DNA of 53,647 nucleotides, from positions 1 through 53,647 of the forward strand of contig JAHJJH010000240.1 of NCBI GenBank assembly GCA_018823105.1, in the 5' to 3' direction. The translations under genes were made by a program, and so were the position numbers. The notes below the pieces were generated by a model. The model was not told the origin of the DNA, searched no databases, and worked only from the letters and a program-made list of their open reading frames with translations. This document shows, piece after piece, positions 42,806 to 51,507 of this stretch; position 1 is the stretch's first letter, and each line of letters starts with the position of its first letter. Origin of the DNA: Verrucomicrobiota bacterium (GTDB lineage: Bacteria; Verrucomicrobiota; Kiritimatiellia; CAIQIC01; JAGNIJ01).

Positions 42806-44283
42806 TGAAAATTTTACTCGTCAACCCCCGAATCCGCCCGCGGCACCCGCCCAGCGATTTCCCCATCGGTCTCGGGATTATCGCGTCCATCATGCTTCGG
42901 GAGGGGCACGAGGTGCGGGTCTATGACGACAACGCCCTGCGGCCCGACCCGGAGGCCTTCCGGCGAGACTTGGCGGGGATGCCCGAGCCCGACGTGGTCG
43001 GCATCGGTGGGCTTATCACGACGTACACCCATCTCAAGAAAATGGTGCCGGCGCTCAAGGAACGATTCCCCCGCGCGGTCTTTATCTGCGGCGGCGGCGT
43101 GACCATCGAGCCGGAGGTGATCTTCGAAAACTTACCCGTGGACTTCTGTGTTCACGGCGAAGGCGAACACACGTTCCGGGAATTGTGTGCGGCGTTGGAG
43201 GTCGGGCGCGGCAACGATCTTGCCGGGGTTCAGGGGATCAGCCTCCGGGACGTCCGTTCCGGCCGCATTATCACCACCGCCCCGCGCCCGATCGAGCGAG
43301 ACTTGGACCGCTTTCCGTTCCCGGCCTATGACTTGTTCCCGTCGGAGCTCTATTTTTCCAACAACCGGGGCCAGATTAAGTTCTGGAAGAAGGGCGCAAC
43401 CGTTCAGCGGTGCGCCCCCCTCGTGTGGAGCCGGGGTTGCCCCAATGAATGTACTTTCTGCTGGCGCATGATGGGCCGCACGGTTCGTTTCCGGTCCATG
43501 GACAATCTGATGCGGGAAATTGCTTTCCTGCGGTCGCAGTACGGCGTGGATTCATATTTCTTTTACGATGAATGCATCAATGCCAGCCGGAGCAAGGCCA
43601 TGGAGTTTGCCCGGCGGCTGCTCGACGCCGGTTACGCTGCGCCCTGGTACAGTCATGCCCGGACGGATCGGTTTGATGATGAACTGGCGTCGTGGTTCAG
43701 CCGCTCGGGGTGCATCGGGTTGAACTTCGGCATTGAGAGCGGCAGCGAAAAAATGCTGAAGCTTATGCGGAAACGAGCGGATCCGGAAAGGGCGGCGCAG
43801 GCGGTGGCCGTGGCCATGCGGGCCGGCATAGCGCCGCAGTGCACCTTCATCATCGGCACGCCGGGCGAAACCCGGGCGACCGTGCGCGAATCCGTTCAGT
43901 GGATTCGCCGGACCCGGGTGAAGCATTTTTCCTTCTTCTATTTCACCCCCTATCCGGGCTGCGAGGAATACGAGCGGCCGCAAACCCAGGAGCGGATTCG
44001 CCGACGATACGACAGTCGGAATGCGTACTTTTCCATCCTCGGCGATGCCTACAACCTCGTGGTCAATTTGACGAACGTATCCGACGCGCGGCTGATCCGG
44101 TGGCGGGAGTGGGCCTACCGCGCCGCCAGGGAGAGGCCGCGGGAGCGCTGGATCCGCCGCCTGCTGGAAATCGCTTCCTTGGTGAAAAAGGCGGCGGCGC
44201 TGCTGGTGCAACCGGCGCGATGGCGAACGGTCATCGCGAACCGTTTGCGCCGTTCGGGCTGGTACGAATTTCGATCTCCCTAG
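42805..44283 (+). CDS. Second B12-binding-domain radical SAM enzyme
   Basis: MKILLVNPR... cobalamin-type N-terminal domain and SRGCPNECTFCW (CxxxCxxC). Confidence 0.8.
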   Translation: MKILLVNPRIRPRHPPSDFPIGLGIIASIMLREGHEVRVYDDNALRPDPEAFRRDLAGMPEPDVVGIGGLITTYTHLKKMVPALKERFPRAVFICGGGVTIEPEVIFENLPVDFCVHGEGEHTFRELCAALEVGRGNDLAGVQGISLRDVRSGRIITTAPRPIERDLDRFPFPAYDLFPSELYFSNNRGQIKFWKKGATVQRCAPLVWSRGCPNECTFCWRMMGRTVRFRSMDNLMREIAFLRSQYGVDSYFFYDECINASRSKAMEFARRLLDAGYAAPWYSHARTDRFDDELASWFSRSGCIGLNFGIESGSEKMLKLMRKRADPERAAQAVAVAMRAGIAPQCTFIIGTPGETRATVRESVQWIRRTRVKHFSFFYFTPYPGCEEYERPQTQERIRRRYDSRNAYFSILGDAYNLVVNLTNVSDARLIRWREWAYRAARERPRERWIRRLLEIASLVKKAAALLVQPARWRTVIANRLRRSGWYEFRSP

Positions 44284-44292
44284 GATCTGGCC

Positions 44293-45447
44293 ATGAGCGG
44301 GAAAAAACCATCGCTTCTGATCCTCTGCCATCACCCCGAAGTTCGCGCCGGGGCGTGCATGGTAACGATGCGGACAGTCTTCCTGGGCGTGGCGTCCACG
44401 TTTGCGGCGTCGGGTCGCCGGGATGTGGCCTATGCGCATCTGGACGGGCTGGGATCGTTGCCGCGGATCCTCCGTGCTGTGCGACGGGATCCAAACACCA
44501 TCCTCTTGTTCAACAGCGTGAATGCCCTTCGCCAATCGCCGGCGCTCTGGTTGCTGGTCTTGAATGCCTGGTTTTATAAACGAAAGCAGGTGGTCTACTG
44601 GCACGAAACCGCCTGGTTGCTTCGCGAGGCCTGCGGGCTGGAAGCCCCGTCCGCCTTCCGTCGCGGGTGGCGCAAGGCGATCTTTGCCGTGTTCCGGCAT
44701 TTGCTGGTCAACGTGCGCACGCGGCACCTGACCACCGCGATTCAGAATAAACAACTGGTCATGTTCCTGCTGGGGGTGGATCCGGATGTAATCTACATTG
44801 CGGGGAATGCCCTGGAGGCGGAGCGCTATCCCGTCCGCGACCGGCGAAAGACCACGGAGGCCATCCGGCTGTGCATGGCCGGCAGTCCCTGCCGCCGCAA
44901 GGGATTTGATCTCTTTCTGGGCATGGCCCGGACGTTCGCCCAGTGGAAGAATCGGCCGGTGCAGTACACGTGGTTCGGAGGGACCCCGGAGGAATTGGCC
45001 CATGTCCGGGGGCCCGCTTATGGCGCCGTTGTGGACCATTCCGGGATCCTTCTCCCCGGCCATCTCGAGGATCTTGGCGCCGCGCTTGCCACCCAGGACA
45101 TCTTTATTCAGACCAGCCGCGACGAACCCTTCGGCTTGGCGGCCCTGGAGGCCCTGGCCTGTGACCTGCCCGTGTTCTGCTTTGACTCCACCGCCATGGC
45201 GGAGATCCTCGATCCGGACTTCGTCTGCACGGACCTGAACGACATGATCGATAAGATCGGGGTCTATCTGGACAATCGGGAACGATACGAGCCGGGCTGC
45301 TTTCGGCGGATCGCGCTCGGATTTAACAAGGATCGCTTTCTGAAAGCCTGGCGAGCCATGGAACGGGATTTTGGATTCACGCAGGGATTGCCCGAGGGCG
45401 AGAAAGTGCGCGTGACCGGCCGCGTGGAGCAGTCGAAAGGCGAATGA
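44293..45447 (+). CDS. GT-B glycosyltransferase (GT4-like)
   Basis: SRDEPFGLAALEALACDLPVF (E-x7-E region). Confidence 0.8.
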   Translation: MSGKKPSLLILCHHPEVRAGACMVTMRTVFLGVASTFAASGRRDVAYAHLDGLGSLPRILRAVRRDPNTILLFNSVNALRQSPALWLLVLNAWFYKRKQVVYWHETAWLLREACGLEAPSAFRRGWRKAIFAVFRHLLVNVRTRHLTTAIQNKQLVMFLLGVDPDVIYIAGNALEAERYPVRDRRKTTEAIRLCMAGSPCRRKGFDLFLGMARTFAQWKNRPVQYTWFGGTPEELAHVRGPAYGAVVDHSGILLPGHLEDLGAALATQDIFIQTSRDEPFGLAALEALACDLPVFCFDSTAMAEILDPDFVCTDLNDMIDKIGVYLDNRERYEPGCFRRIALGFNKDRFLKAWRAMERDFGFTQGLPEGEKVRVTGRVEQSKGE

Positions 45448-45451
45448 ATCG

Positions 45452-46246
45452 ATGAAAACGCTGCGAGAGCACGTAGACCTTCTGAGAAAAAAGCCTTGGG
45501 GACGACGCCTCGAAAACACCCTGCGATTCAGGGGGCGCCTGCTGGTAAGTGTGGGCGACACCAACTCCAGTTTCTGGTGCCCGGGCTGGCGCACCCTGGA
45601 CATGGTGGACGCCGATCACATCTGCGACATCCGCAAGGAGAAGCTGCCTTTCGGCGATCACAGCGTGGACATCGTCAACTGCTCCCATGTGGTCGAGCAT
45701 TTGAGGAAGGGGGGCGAAAGTGCTTTCTTTTATAAAGAGGTGCTACGGGTCTTGAAACCGGACGGCCTTTTTCGTGTGGCGACCCCCGATGCCGACAGGC
45801 TGCTGGAAAAATACAGGGAGGGGGACTGGGCGTATTTCTTGAGGGGCGACGGGCTGCACATGATGTACCAGATTCAGAGCCGGAAACTGCCCCCCGAAGT
45901 CCTGCTGATTCACAATCGGCTTGTGGGTTGGTTTGCCTCTTACAGCGGCCGGCTCGACACGGCCGGAGGCCCATTGGTCGATAAGGAAGAAGTGGACCGG
46001 CGCGTGGCCACGATGGACGCGGAGGATTTCAGCGACTGGTGTATGTCTTTGCTGGAGCCCGGCCGGATCTACGCCCATGTGAATGTGTATACCTACGAGC
46101 GGCTGAAAAAGGATCTGCTGGAAGCGAAATTCCAGCGGGTCGAACGCCTTGATTTCAATCAGTCGTCCGCCCCGGAAATCGCTCGCTTTCATGTGGATCG
46201 AGAGGCTGAGCGTGATTACAGCATCTACTGCGACGCCATGCCTTAG
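45452..46246 (+). CDS. Class I SAM-dependent methyltransferase (Methyltransf_11-like)
   Basis: DIVNCSHVVEHL and LRVLKPDGLF. Confidence 0.75.
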   Translation: MKTLREHVDLLRKKPWGRRLENTLRFRGRLLVSVGDTNSSFWCPGWRTLDMVDADHICDIRKEKLPFGDHSVDIVNCSHVVEHLRKGGESAFFYKEVLRVLKPDGLFRVATPDADRLLEKYREGDWAYFLRGDGLHMMYQIQSRKLPPEVLLIHNRLVGWFASYSGRLDTAGGPLVDKEEVDRRVATMDAEDFSDWCMSLLEPGRIYAHVNVYTYERLKKDLLEAKFQRVERLDFNQSSAPEIARFHVDREAERDYSIYCDAMP

Positions 46247-46396
46247 CCCCGGAGCCGCCTGTGTTTCGAACAACCCTGAACGAACCCGGCGGGGTTGAAT
46301 AAAGGCAAATGAAGGAAACCGAGAGGGGGAAAACAGCCAATCCCTCATCGGCGATTGTTAATTCCTGGTTGAAAATCCCGAACCCCGGAGCCCCCC

Positions 46397-47245
46397 ATGA
46401 GCCTGTTTATCATTGCCGAGATCGGCATCAACCATAACGGCGACGTCAAGATCGCGAAGCAGTTGATTGACGTCGCGAAGGATTGCGGCTGCGATGCGAT
46501 CAAGTTCCAGAAGCGGACCATCGACCTGGTCTATACGAAGGAATTTCTCGCCGCGCCGCGGGAAAGCCCCTGGGGGACGACCCAGCGCGCGCAGAAAGAG
46601 GGCCTCGAGTTCGGGCTGGAGCAGTACCGGGAGATTGACGCCTATTGCTGGGAGAAGGGCATCGAGTGGTTCGCCTCCGCCTGGGACATGGAGAGCCAGA
46701 ACTTCCTGCGCCCGTTCAACCTGAAACATAACAAGATCGCCTCGACCATGATTGTCTGGGAGGATTTTTTAAAAAGGGTGGCATCCGAAGAGAAGTACAC
46801 GTTTATTTCTACGGGTATGTGCGAGCTTCGGCACATTGATCGCGCCGTGGAGATCTTCCGCGCGGCCGAGTGTCCTTTCGAATTGATGCACTGCGTCTCG
46901 ACCTATCCGGTGGAAGATGAAAAGACCAACCTCCGCGGCATCCAGACCCTTCGCGACCGCTACGGCTGCAAAATCGGATACAGCGGCCATGAAGTGGGGC
47001 TGGCCGTCTCCTACGCCGCCGTGGCGCTGGGCGCGACGTCCCTGGAGCGCCACATCACGCTGGACCGTGCGATGTACGGGTCCGACCAGGCCGCCTCGGT
47101 CGAACCGTCGGGGCTGCGGATGCTCGTCGGCGCCGTGCGGAAGATCGAGAAGGCCCTCGGCGACGGCATCATCCGCCTTACTCCTGAAGAGTTGCCTCAA
47201 GCGAGGAAACTGCGAGCGCATATCCCGGTCAAATGGGAAAAGTAG
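46397..47245 (+). CDS. NeuB-family (non)ulosonic acid synthase lacking the C-terminal SAF domain
   Basis: IIAEIGINHNGD and IGYSGHEVG. At 282 aa it ends right after the TIM-barrel part, whereas pseI here is 345 aa with a SAF domain. Confidence 0.8.
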   Translation: MSLFIIAEIGINHNGDVKIAKQLIDVAKDCGCDAIKFQKRTIDLVYTKEFLAAPRESPWGTTQRAQKEGLEFGLEQYREIDAYCWEKGIEWFASAWDMESQNFLRPFNLKHNKIASTMIVWEDFLKRVASEEKYTFISTGMCELRHIDRAVEIFRAAECPFELMHCVSTYPVEDEKTNLRGIQTLRDRYGCKIGYSGHEVGLAVSYAAVALGATSLERHITLDRAMYGSDQAASVEPSGLRMLVGAVRKIEKALGDGIIRLTPEELPQARKLRAHIPVKWEK

Positions 47246-47325
47246 GGGCCGGGGCGTGCATCACGGAATAGGCAGAAAACGCCCCCTCTTGCGAACTCCC
47301 GTCCAGTTCAACAAACTATAAGATT

Positions 47326-48045
47326 ATGATTACAATCGCCATCATTCCAGCCCGGGGTGGATCCAAAGCGATCCCGAAAAAGAACATCATGGACTTCTGC
47401 GGCCATTCGCTGTTGGCTTGGACCGTGGCGGCGGCGCGCGGGTGCCCGGCCATCGACCGCGTGTATGTTTCCACTGACTGCCCGGAGATCTCCGCCGTGG
47501 CGCGCCGCTACGGAGCCGAGGTCGTCCGGCGTCCGGACGACATTTCGGGGGACCGGGCCACGTCGGAATCCGCCCTGATCCATGCGTGCCGGGAGATCGA
47601 GAAGGCCGGGAGACGCCCGGATCGGGTCGTCTTCCTCCAGGCCACGTCGCCGGTGCGGGAGAGTTCCGAACTGACTGGCGCGCTGGAGCATTTTGAAAAG
47701 GCAGGGCTGGACTCGCTCTTCTCCGCCTCGGTGCCCGAGGACCTGCTGGTCTGGTGGGAAGAAGGCGGGCAGTTGAAGAGCCTGAATTACGATTTTCGAA
47801 GCCGAAAGCGTCGGCAGGAGTCGGAAGGGGGCGGACGGTTGCTGATCGAGACGGGATCGTTCTACGTGACCAAAACGGACCTGCTGCTGGAGACGGGCAA
47901 CCGGCTGGGCGGCCGGATCGGGACATGGATCGTACCGGTCTGGAAAAGTTGGGAAATTGATTCCGCCGACGGCTTGGCCCTGGTTGAGTCGTTGATGAAG
48001 ATTCACCAATTGGACAAGAATCCGCCCGTGCCGGTGAACGGGTGA
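47326..48045 (+). CDS. Acylneuraminate (CMP-nonulosonate) cytidylyltransferase, NeuA-type
   Basis: AIIPARGGSKAIPKKN and FLQATSPVR. Confidence 0.85.
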   Translation: MITIAIIPARGGSKAIPKKNIMDFCGHSLLAWTVAAARGCPAIDRVYVSTDCPEISAVARRYGAEVVRRPDDISGDRATSESALIHACREIEKAGRRPDRVVFLQATSPVRESSELTGALEHFEKAGLDSLFSASVPEDLLVWWEEGGQLKSLNYDFRSRKRRQESEGGGRLLIETGSFYVTKTDLLLETGNRLGGRIGTWIVPVWKSWEIDSADGLALVESLMKIHQLDKNPPVPVNG

Positions 48046-48064
48046 GGGAGGTCGGAAGCTATCC

Positions 48065-49060
48065 ATGACACAAAAAACACAAGAACGCGTCGTGTATGTC
48101 AACGGAGAATACGTGCCGGAAGCGGAGGCGCGGATCTCCATCTACGATTCCGCCCTGATGTTCGGCGACATGGTCTTCGAGATGACCCGGTCGTTCCACA
48201 AGAAGCAGTTCAAGCTGCGAGAGCACCTGGCGCGGCTCATGGCCGGCGTGAAGATTCTTCATATACCCCTGAACCAATCCGTCGAAGACCTTGAACGCGC
48301 CTGTCTTGAAACGATCGAGCGGAATGATCCGGGCTTTGCGGCGGACGACGAGCACCGGTTAATGATAGATGTTTCACGCGGCTTGCTGGGGATTTACCGG
48401 GGGGTGGCAGGGCTTCACAAGGGACCGAACGTCATCATTGCAGACTTCCCCCTCCACTGGACGGTTGCCGGCATGGGCAAGCTGTTCGAATCCGGCATCA
48501 ACGCGGCGATCACCAGCCAGCGTGCCATCCCCGCGATCCTCTTGGACCCGAAGGTCAAGAATCGCAGCCGGGTCCACTACTTGATGGCCAATATTGAGGC
48601 ATCGAAGCTGGAAGGGGAGGACAACTGGGCCCTTCTCCTGGATCCGGACGGATTCATCGCCGAGGGGACGGGGGACAATTTTTTCATCGTGAAGAACAAG
48701 ACGCTGATCACCCCCGAGGGCCGGAACGTCCTGCGGGGGATCAGCCGCGCCTACATCATGCAAGAACTGGCCCCACAACTAGGCTTGCCGGCCGTAGAGA
48801 AAAACATCGAGCCGTACGACGTCATGACCGCAGATGAGGCGTTCATGACGGGAACCCCCTTCTGCATGATCCCGGCCACCTCGCTCAACCGCGTGCCCAT
48901 CGGGGACGGGAAAGTCGGGCCGGTGACCCGGTCGTTGCTGGACGCGTGGAGCCGGAGTGTGGGCGTGGATATCGTCAAACAGATCCAGGCCTGGGACCGG
49001 CAGCGGACCGCAGACGCTTCGGGCGCCCCGACGCCGTACTCGTTCAAGGGAAAGAAGTAG
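48065..49060 (+). CDS. Fold-type IV PLP aminotransferase (branched-chain / D-amino-acid aminotransferase family)
   Basis: EGTGDNFFIVKN, GISRAYI and AFMTGT. Confidence 0.8.
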   Translation: MTQKTQERVVYVNGEYVPEAEARISIYDSALMFGDMVFEMTRSFHKKQFKLREHLARLMAGVKILHIPLNQSVEDLERACLETIERNDPGFAADDEHRLMIDVSRGLLGIYRGVAGLHKGPNVIIADFPLHWTVAGMGKLFESGINAAITSQRAIPAILLDPKVKNRSRVHYLMANIEASKLEGEDNWALLLDPDGFIAEGTGDNFFIVKNKTLITPEGRNVLRGISRAYIMQELAPQLGLPAVEKNIEPYDVMTADEAFMTGTPFCMIPATSLNRVPIGDGKVGPVTRSLLDAWSRSVGVDIVKQIQAWDRQRTADASGAPTPYSFKGKK

Positions 49061-49069
49061 GAGGGCGGC

Positions 49070-49846
49070 ATGAACTACCTGGAATCTCTGTTTTCACTTT
49101 CTGGCCGGGGCGCCGTTGTTACCGGGGCCGCGCGCGGCAGCGGCCGGGCCATGGCCGAGGCCCTGCTGCGGGCCGGCGCCCGCGTCGTGCTGGCCGACCT
49201 GTTGGAGCCCGAACTCAACCGGCTCGTGACGCGTTTGAAGAAGGCCGGGTTGAGAGCCCGGGCGTATGTGGCCGACGTGACGAAGGCGGACGATCGGGTA
49301 GCGCTGATTCGGTTTGCAGAGAAGGTGACCGGACACGTGGATATCCTGGTCAATAACGCGGGGATCACCCTTCCGCATGCCGCGCTGGATTACCCGGAGG
49401 GAAACTGGGATCGGACATACCAGGTGAACCTCAAGGCCCCGTTCGAGCTGTCTCGGATTGTCGCGCGCGCCATGGCCCGTCGGCGGAGGGGCGTGATTCT
49501 AAACATCACCAGCCTGAACGCCGAACTGGCCTTCCCGGATAACCCGGCGTACATGGCTTGCAAGGGTGCGCTCAAACAACTCTCCAAATCCTTGGCGTTG
49601 GATTTGGGGCCCCGCGGGATCCGGGTCAACAGCATCGGTCCCGGCTATTTCCGAACGGAGATGACCAGGGGCAGCTGGGGCGATCCTGCCCGGCGCGTGG
49701 CGCGGGCCGCACGCACGGTGCTGGGGCGATGGGGCCGGCCGGAGGACCTGGCCGGCGCAGTCATTTTTTTGGCCTCGGACGCGGCTTCCTATATCACTGG
49801 CCAGGACCTGTACGTGGACGGCGGCTGGCTGATCAAGGGATTGTAG
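49070..49846 (+). CDS. Short-chain dehydrogenase/reductase (FabG-like)
   Basis: VVTGAARGSGRA, NNAGI and YMACKGAL (YxxxK). Confidence 0.88.
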   Translation: MNYLESLFSLSGRGAVVTGAARGSGRAMAEALLRAGARVVLADLLEPELNRLVTRLKKAGLRARAYVADVTKADDRVALIRFAEKVTGHVDILVNNAGITLPHAALDYPEGNWDRTYQVNLKAPFELSRIVARAMARRRRGVILNITSLNAELAFPDNPAYMACKGALKQLSKSLALDLGPRGIRVNSIGPGYFRTEMTRGSWGDPARRVARAARTVLGRWGRPEDLAGAVIFLASDAASYITGQDLYVDGGWLIKGL

Positions 49847-49866
49847 CCGCGGCTCAATCCGCGTTG

Positions 49867-49886
49867 CCGCATCCGTTAGGATGCGG
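49867..49886 (+). other. 8-bp stem / GTTA-loop hairpin after the SDR gene
   Basis: ccgcatcc gtta ggatgcgg. No U-run follows. It contains the ATG (49881) that the ORF track used as the start of the next ORF. Confidence 0.5.
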
Positions 49887-49943
49887 GTAAAACAATGCAT
49901 CCTATCCGCCCGCGTCGTGACCGGCGCGGCTACGTTGCAGCCC

Positions 49944-51347
49944 ATGCCCATTCCCATTCATATGATCTATATCCCGTGGGGGAAGGACCAGAAGCTGCTG
50001 GCGGATCTGGACGCCTTTGACCACCAGCCCTGCGAGAACATGAGGCAGTATGCGGCGGGATTTGAGGTCAAGCTGTGGACGCATTCCAGAATACAGGAGC
50101 TTTGTCTGCAGCACTATCCGTCCATATGGCGGACGATCAGTACGGTGGCGCGCCCCATGGTGATGGTGGACCTGTTGCGATGGCTGGTCGTCTATCATTT
50201 CGGCGGCATTTACTGGCAATACGATATGAATCCCCTGGTGCCGATGGACCGCATCCTGCCTTCCCCGGGGAAAAAAGCGCGGGTCTTTACGGAATTTGTA
50301 TTGGGTCCGGAGGAATGCCTGAAAGCGGCGGCGGAACCCATTCGCCAGGGCGAGCCGGAAGAGCCCCTGCGGATTGTAAACCAGGCCTTCTCGGCCGAGC
50401 CCGGACATCCCTTTATCAAGGCCACGCGGGATTTGATCCTGGAGCGGATACAACGCTATGAGCTGAAAACCGACTACGATCTGCTGTTTATCAGCGCCAA
50501 TGCCGCGGTCAGCACGGCCTATGACCGTTTCGGCAAGGGCGATCCCACAGTGGAGCTTGTTTCGCGGCCCGAAACGCGGGAAATAATGAAGATCGACTAC
50601 AAGGGGACTTGGCGGACCGACCGCAAGCCCGACCGCCCGGAAGCCGCCCGCCCCGCGGCGGTCTCGCCCCTGTCCAAGGTGGCCGCGCTCTGCAAGAAAA
50701 CGATCAAATCCGTGCCGCTCGCGGTCGGCGCCTACCATCGCTTTGTGCAGCCCCATCCCCACGAGACGGCGTTCGAAAAAATGGCTATTCCTTCAGAATG
50801 GCCGGAGACCCTCGTCGAGGCCATGCCTGGCCTCGTCGCCGACTTCGGTATCCATTCCGTGCTCGAGTTCCCCTGCGGAGACTATTCGTCCCGCAAGGCC
50901 GAGGCGTTGAAGGGGCTGCGCTATATCGGCGGGGGTCCGGTTCGCAAAGCGATTGACCGCACCCGGCGGCAGGGCCGCCGGGAGGGCGTATCGTTCCGGT
51001 TAATGAATATCATGTATTCCTGTTTTCCCCCGGTGGATCTGGTGGTCTGCCGGGACTTTCTGGTCTATCTCGACTATCGCGAGATTTTTGAGGCTTTGCG
51101 CAACCTGGCCCGGAGCCGATCCACCTATCTGCTTACTACGACCTATCCCTTGTTGAACAGCAATTGGGACAGCGCTCTGGGCGATTGGCGGCCGTTGAGC
51201 TTCACCTTGCCTCCGTTTTCATTCCCTCCGCCCGTGTTGATCCTTCCGGATCGCGACGAGCAAAGAAGGCCGGATCGCTCGCTGGGGCTGTGGAAGATCG
51301 CGGACTTGACGATCAGCCCATACGTGAATGGACAGCAGAAATGGTAG
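49944..51347 (+). CDS. Fusion protein: GT32-like (DXD sugar-binding region) glycosyltransferase plus a C-terminal class I methyltransferase-like domain
   Basis: DLLRWLVVYHFGGIYWQYD in the N-terminal half. The C-terminal half has VLEFPCGD...VVCRDFLVYL...YLLTTTYP...GDWRPLSF, typical of a methyltransferase-like family. Confidence 0.7.
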   Translation: MPIPIHMIYIPWGKDQKLLADLDAFDHQPCENMRQYAAGFEVKLWTHSRIQELCLQHYPSIWRTISTVARPMVMVDLLRWLVVYHFGGIYWQYDMNPLVPMDRILPSPGKKARVFTEFVLGPEECLKAAAEPIRQGEPEEPLRIVNQAFSAEPGHPFIKATRDLILERIQRYELKTDYDLLFISANAAVSTAYDRFGKGDPTVELVSRPETREIMKIDYKGTWRTDRKPDRPEAARPAAVSPLSKVAALCKKTIKSVPLAVGAYHRFVQPHPHETAFEKMAIPSEWPETLVEAMPGLVADFGIHSVLEFPCGDYSSRKAEALKGLRYIGGGPVRKAIDRTRRQGRREGVSFRLMNIMYSCFPPVDLVVCRDFLVYLDYREIFEALRNLARSRSTYLLTTTYPLLNSNWDSALGDWRPLSFTLPPFSFPPPVLILPDRDEQRRPDRSLGLWKIADLTISPYVNGQQKW

Positions 51348-51396
51348 GGCGCGCTCGCTGAGCGCGCCGCGGCGGCTTGGGCCAAGCCGCCCTACC
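51344..51396. repeat. REP-like compound palindrome overlapping the stop of the GT32 fusion gene
   Basis: GGTAGGGCG pairs with CGCCCTACC. Inner gcgcgctc/gagcgcgc and ggcggcttgg/ccaagccgcc palindromes. Shares arms with 1478-1552. Confidence 0.65.
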
Positions 51397-51507
51397 CAAA
51401 GACAGGAACCCCCTGCTTGCGCCGGCGACTGCGGCATCAAATTGAATTCCAGCAAATCGTAGCTGCGCCCCTAAGGGTGCGGAAAATGCAGGACCAGGCC
51501 TGACCGT

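Noticed and set aside
49881-49943. ATG 49881 as the start of the GT32 fusion gene
   Set aside because: This ATG forms the 3-prime arm of the ccgcatcc/ggatgcgg hairpin, and the encoded MRVKQCILSARVVTGAATLQP has no counterpart in GT32-like N-termini. ATG 49944 (MPIPIHMIYIPWG) is preferred, though not proven.
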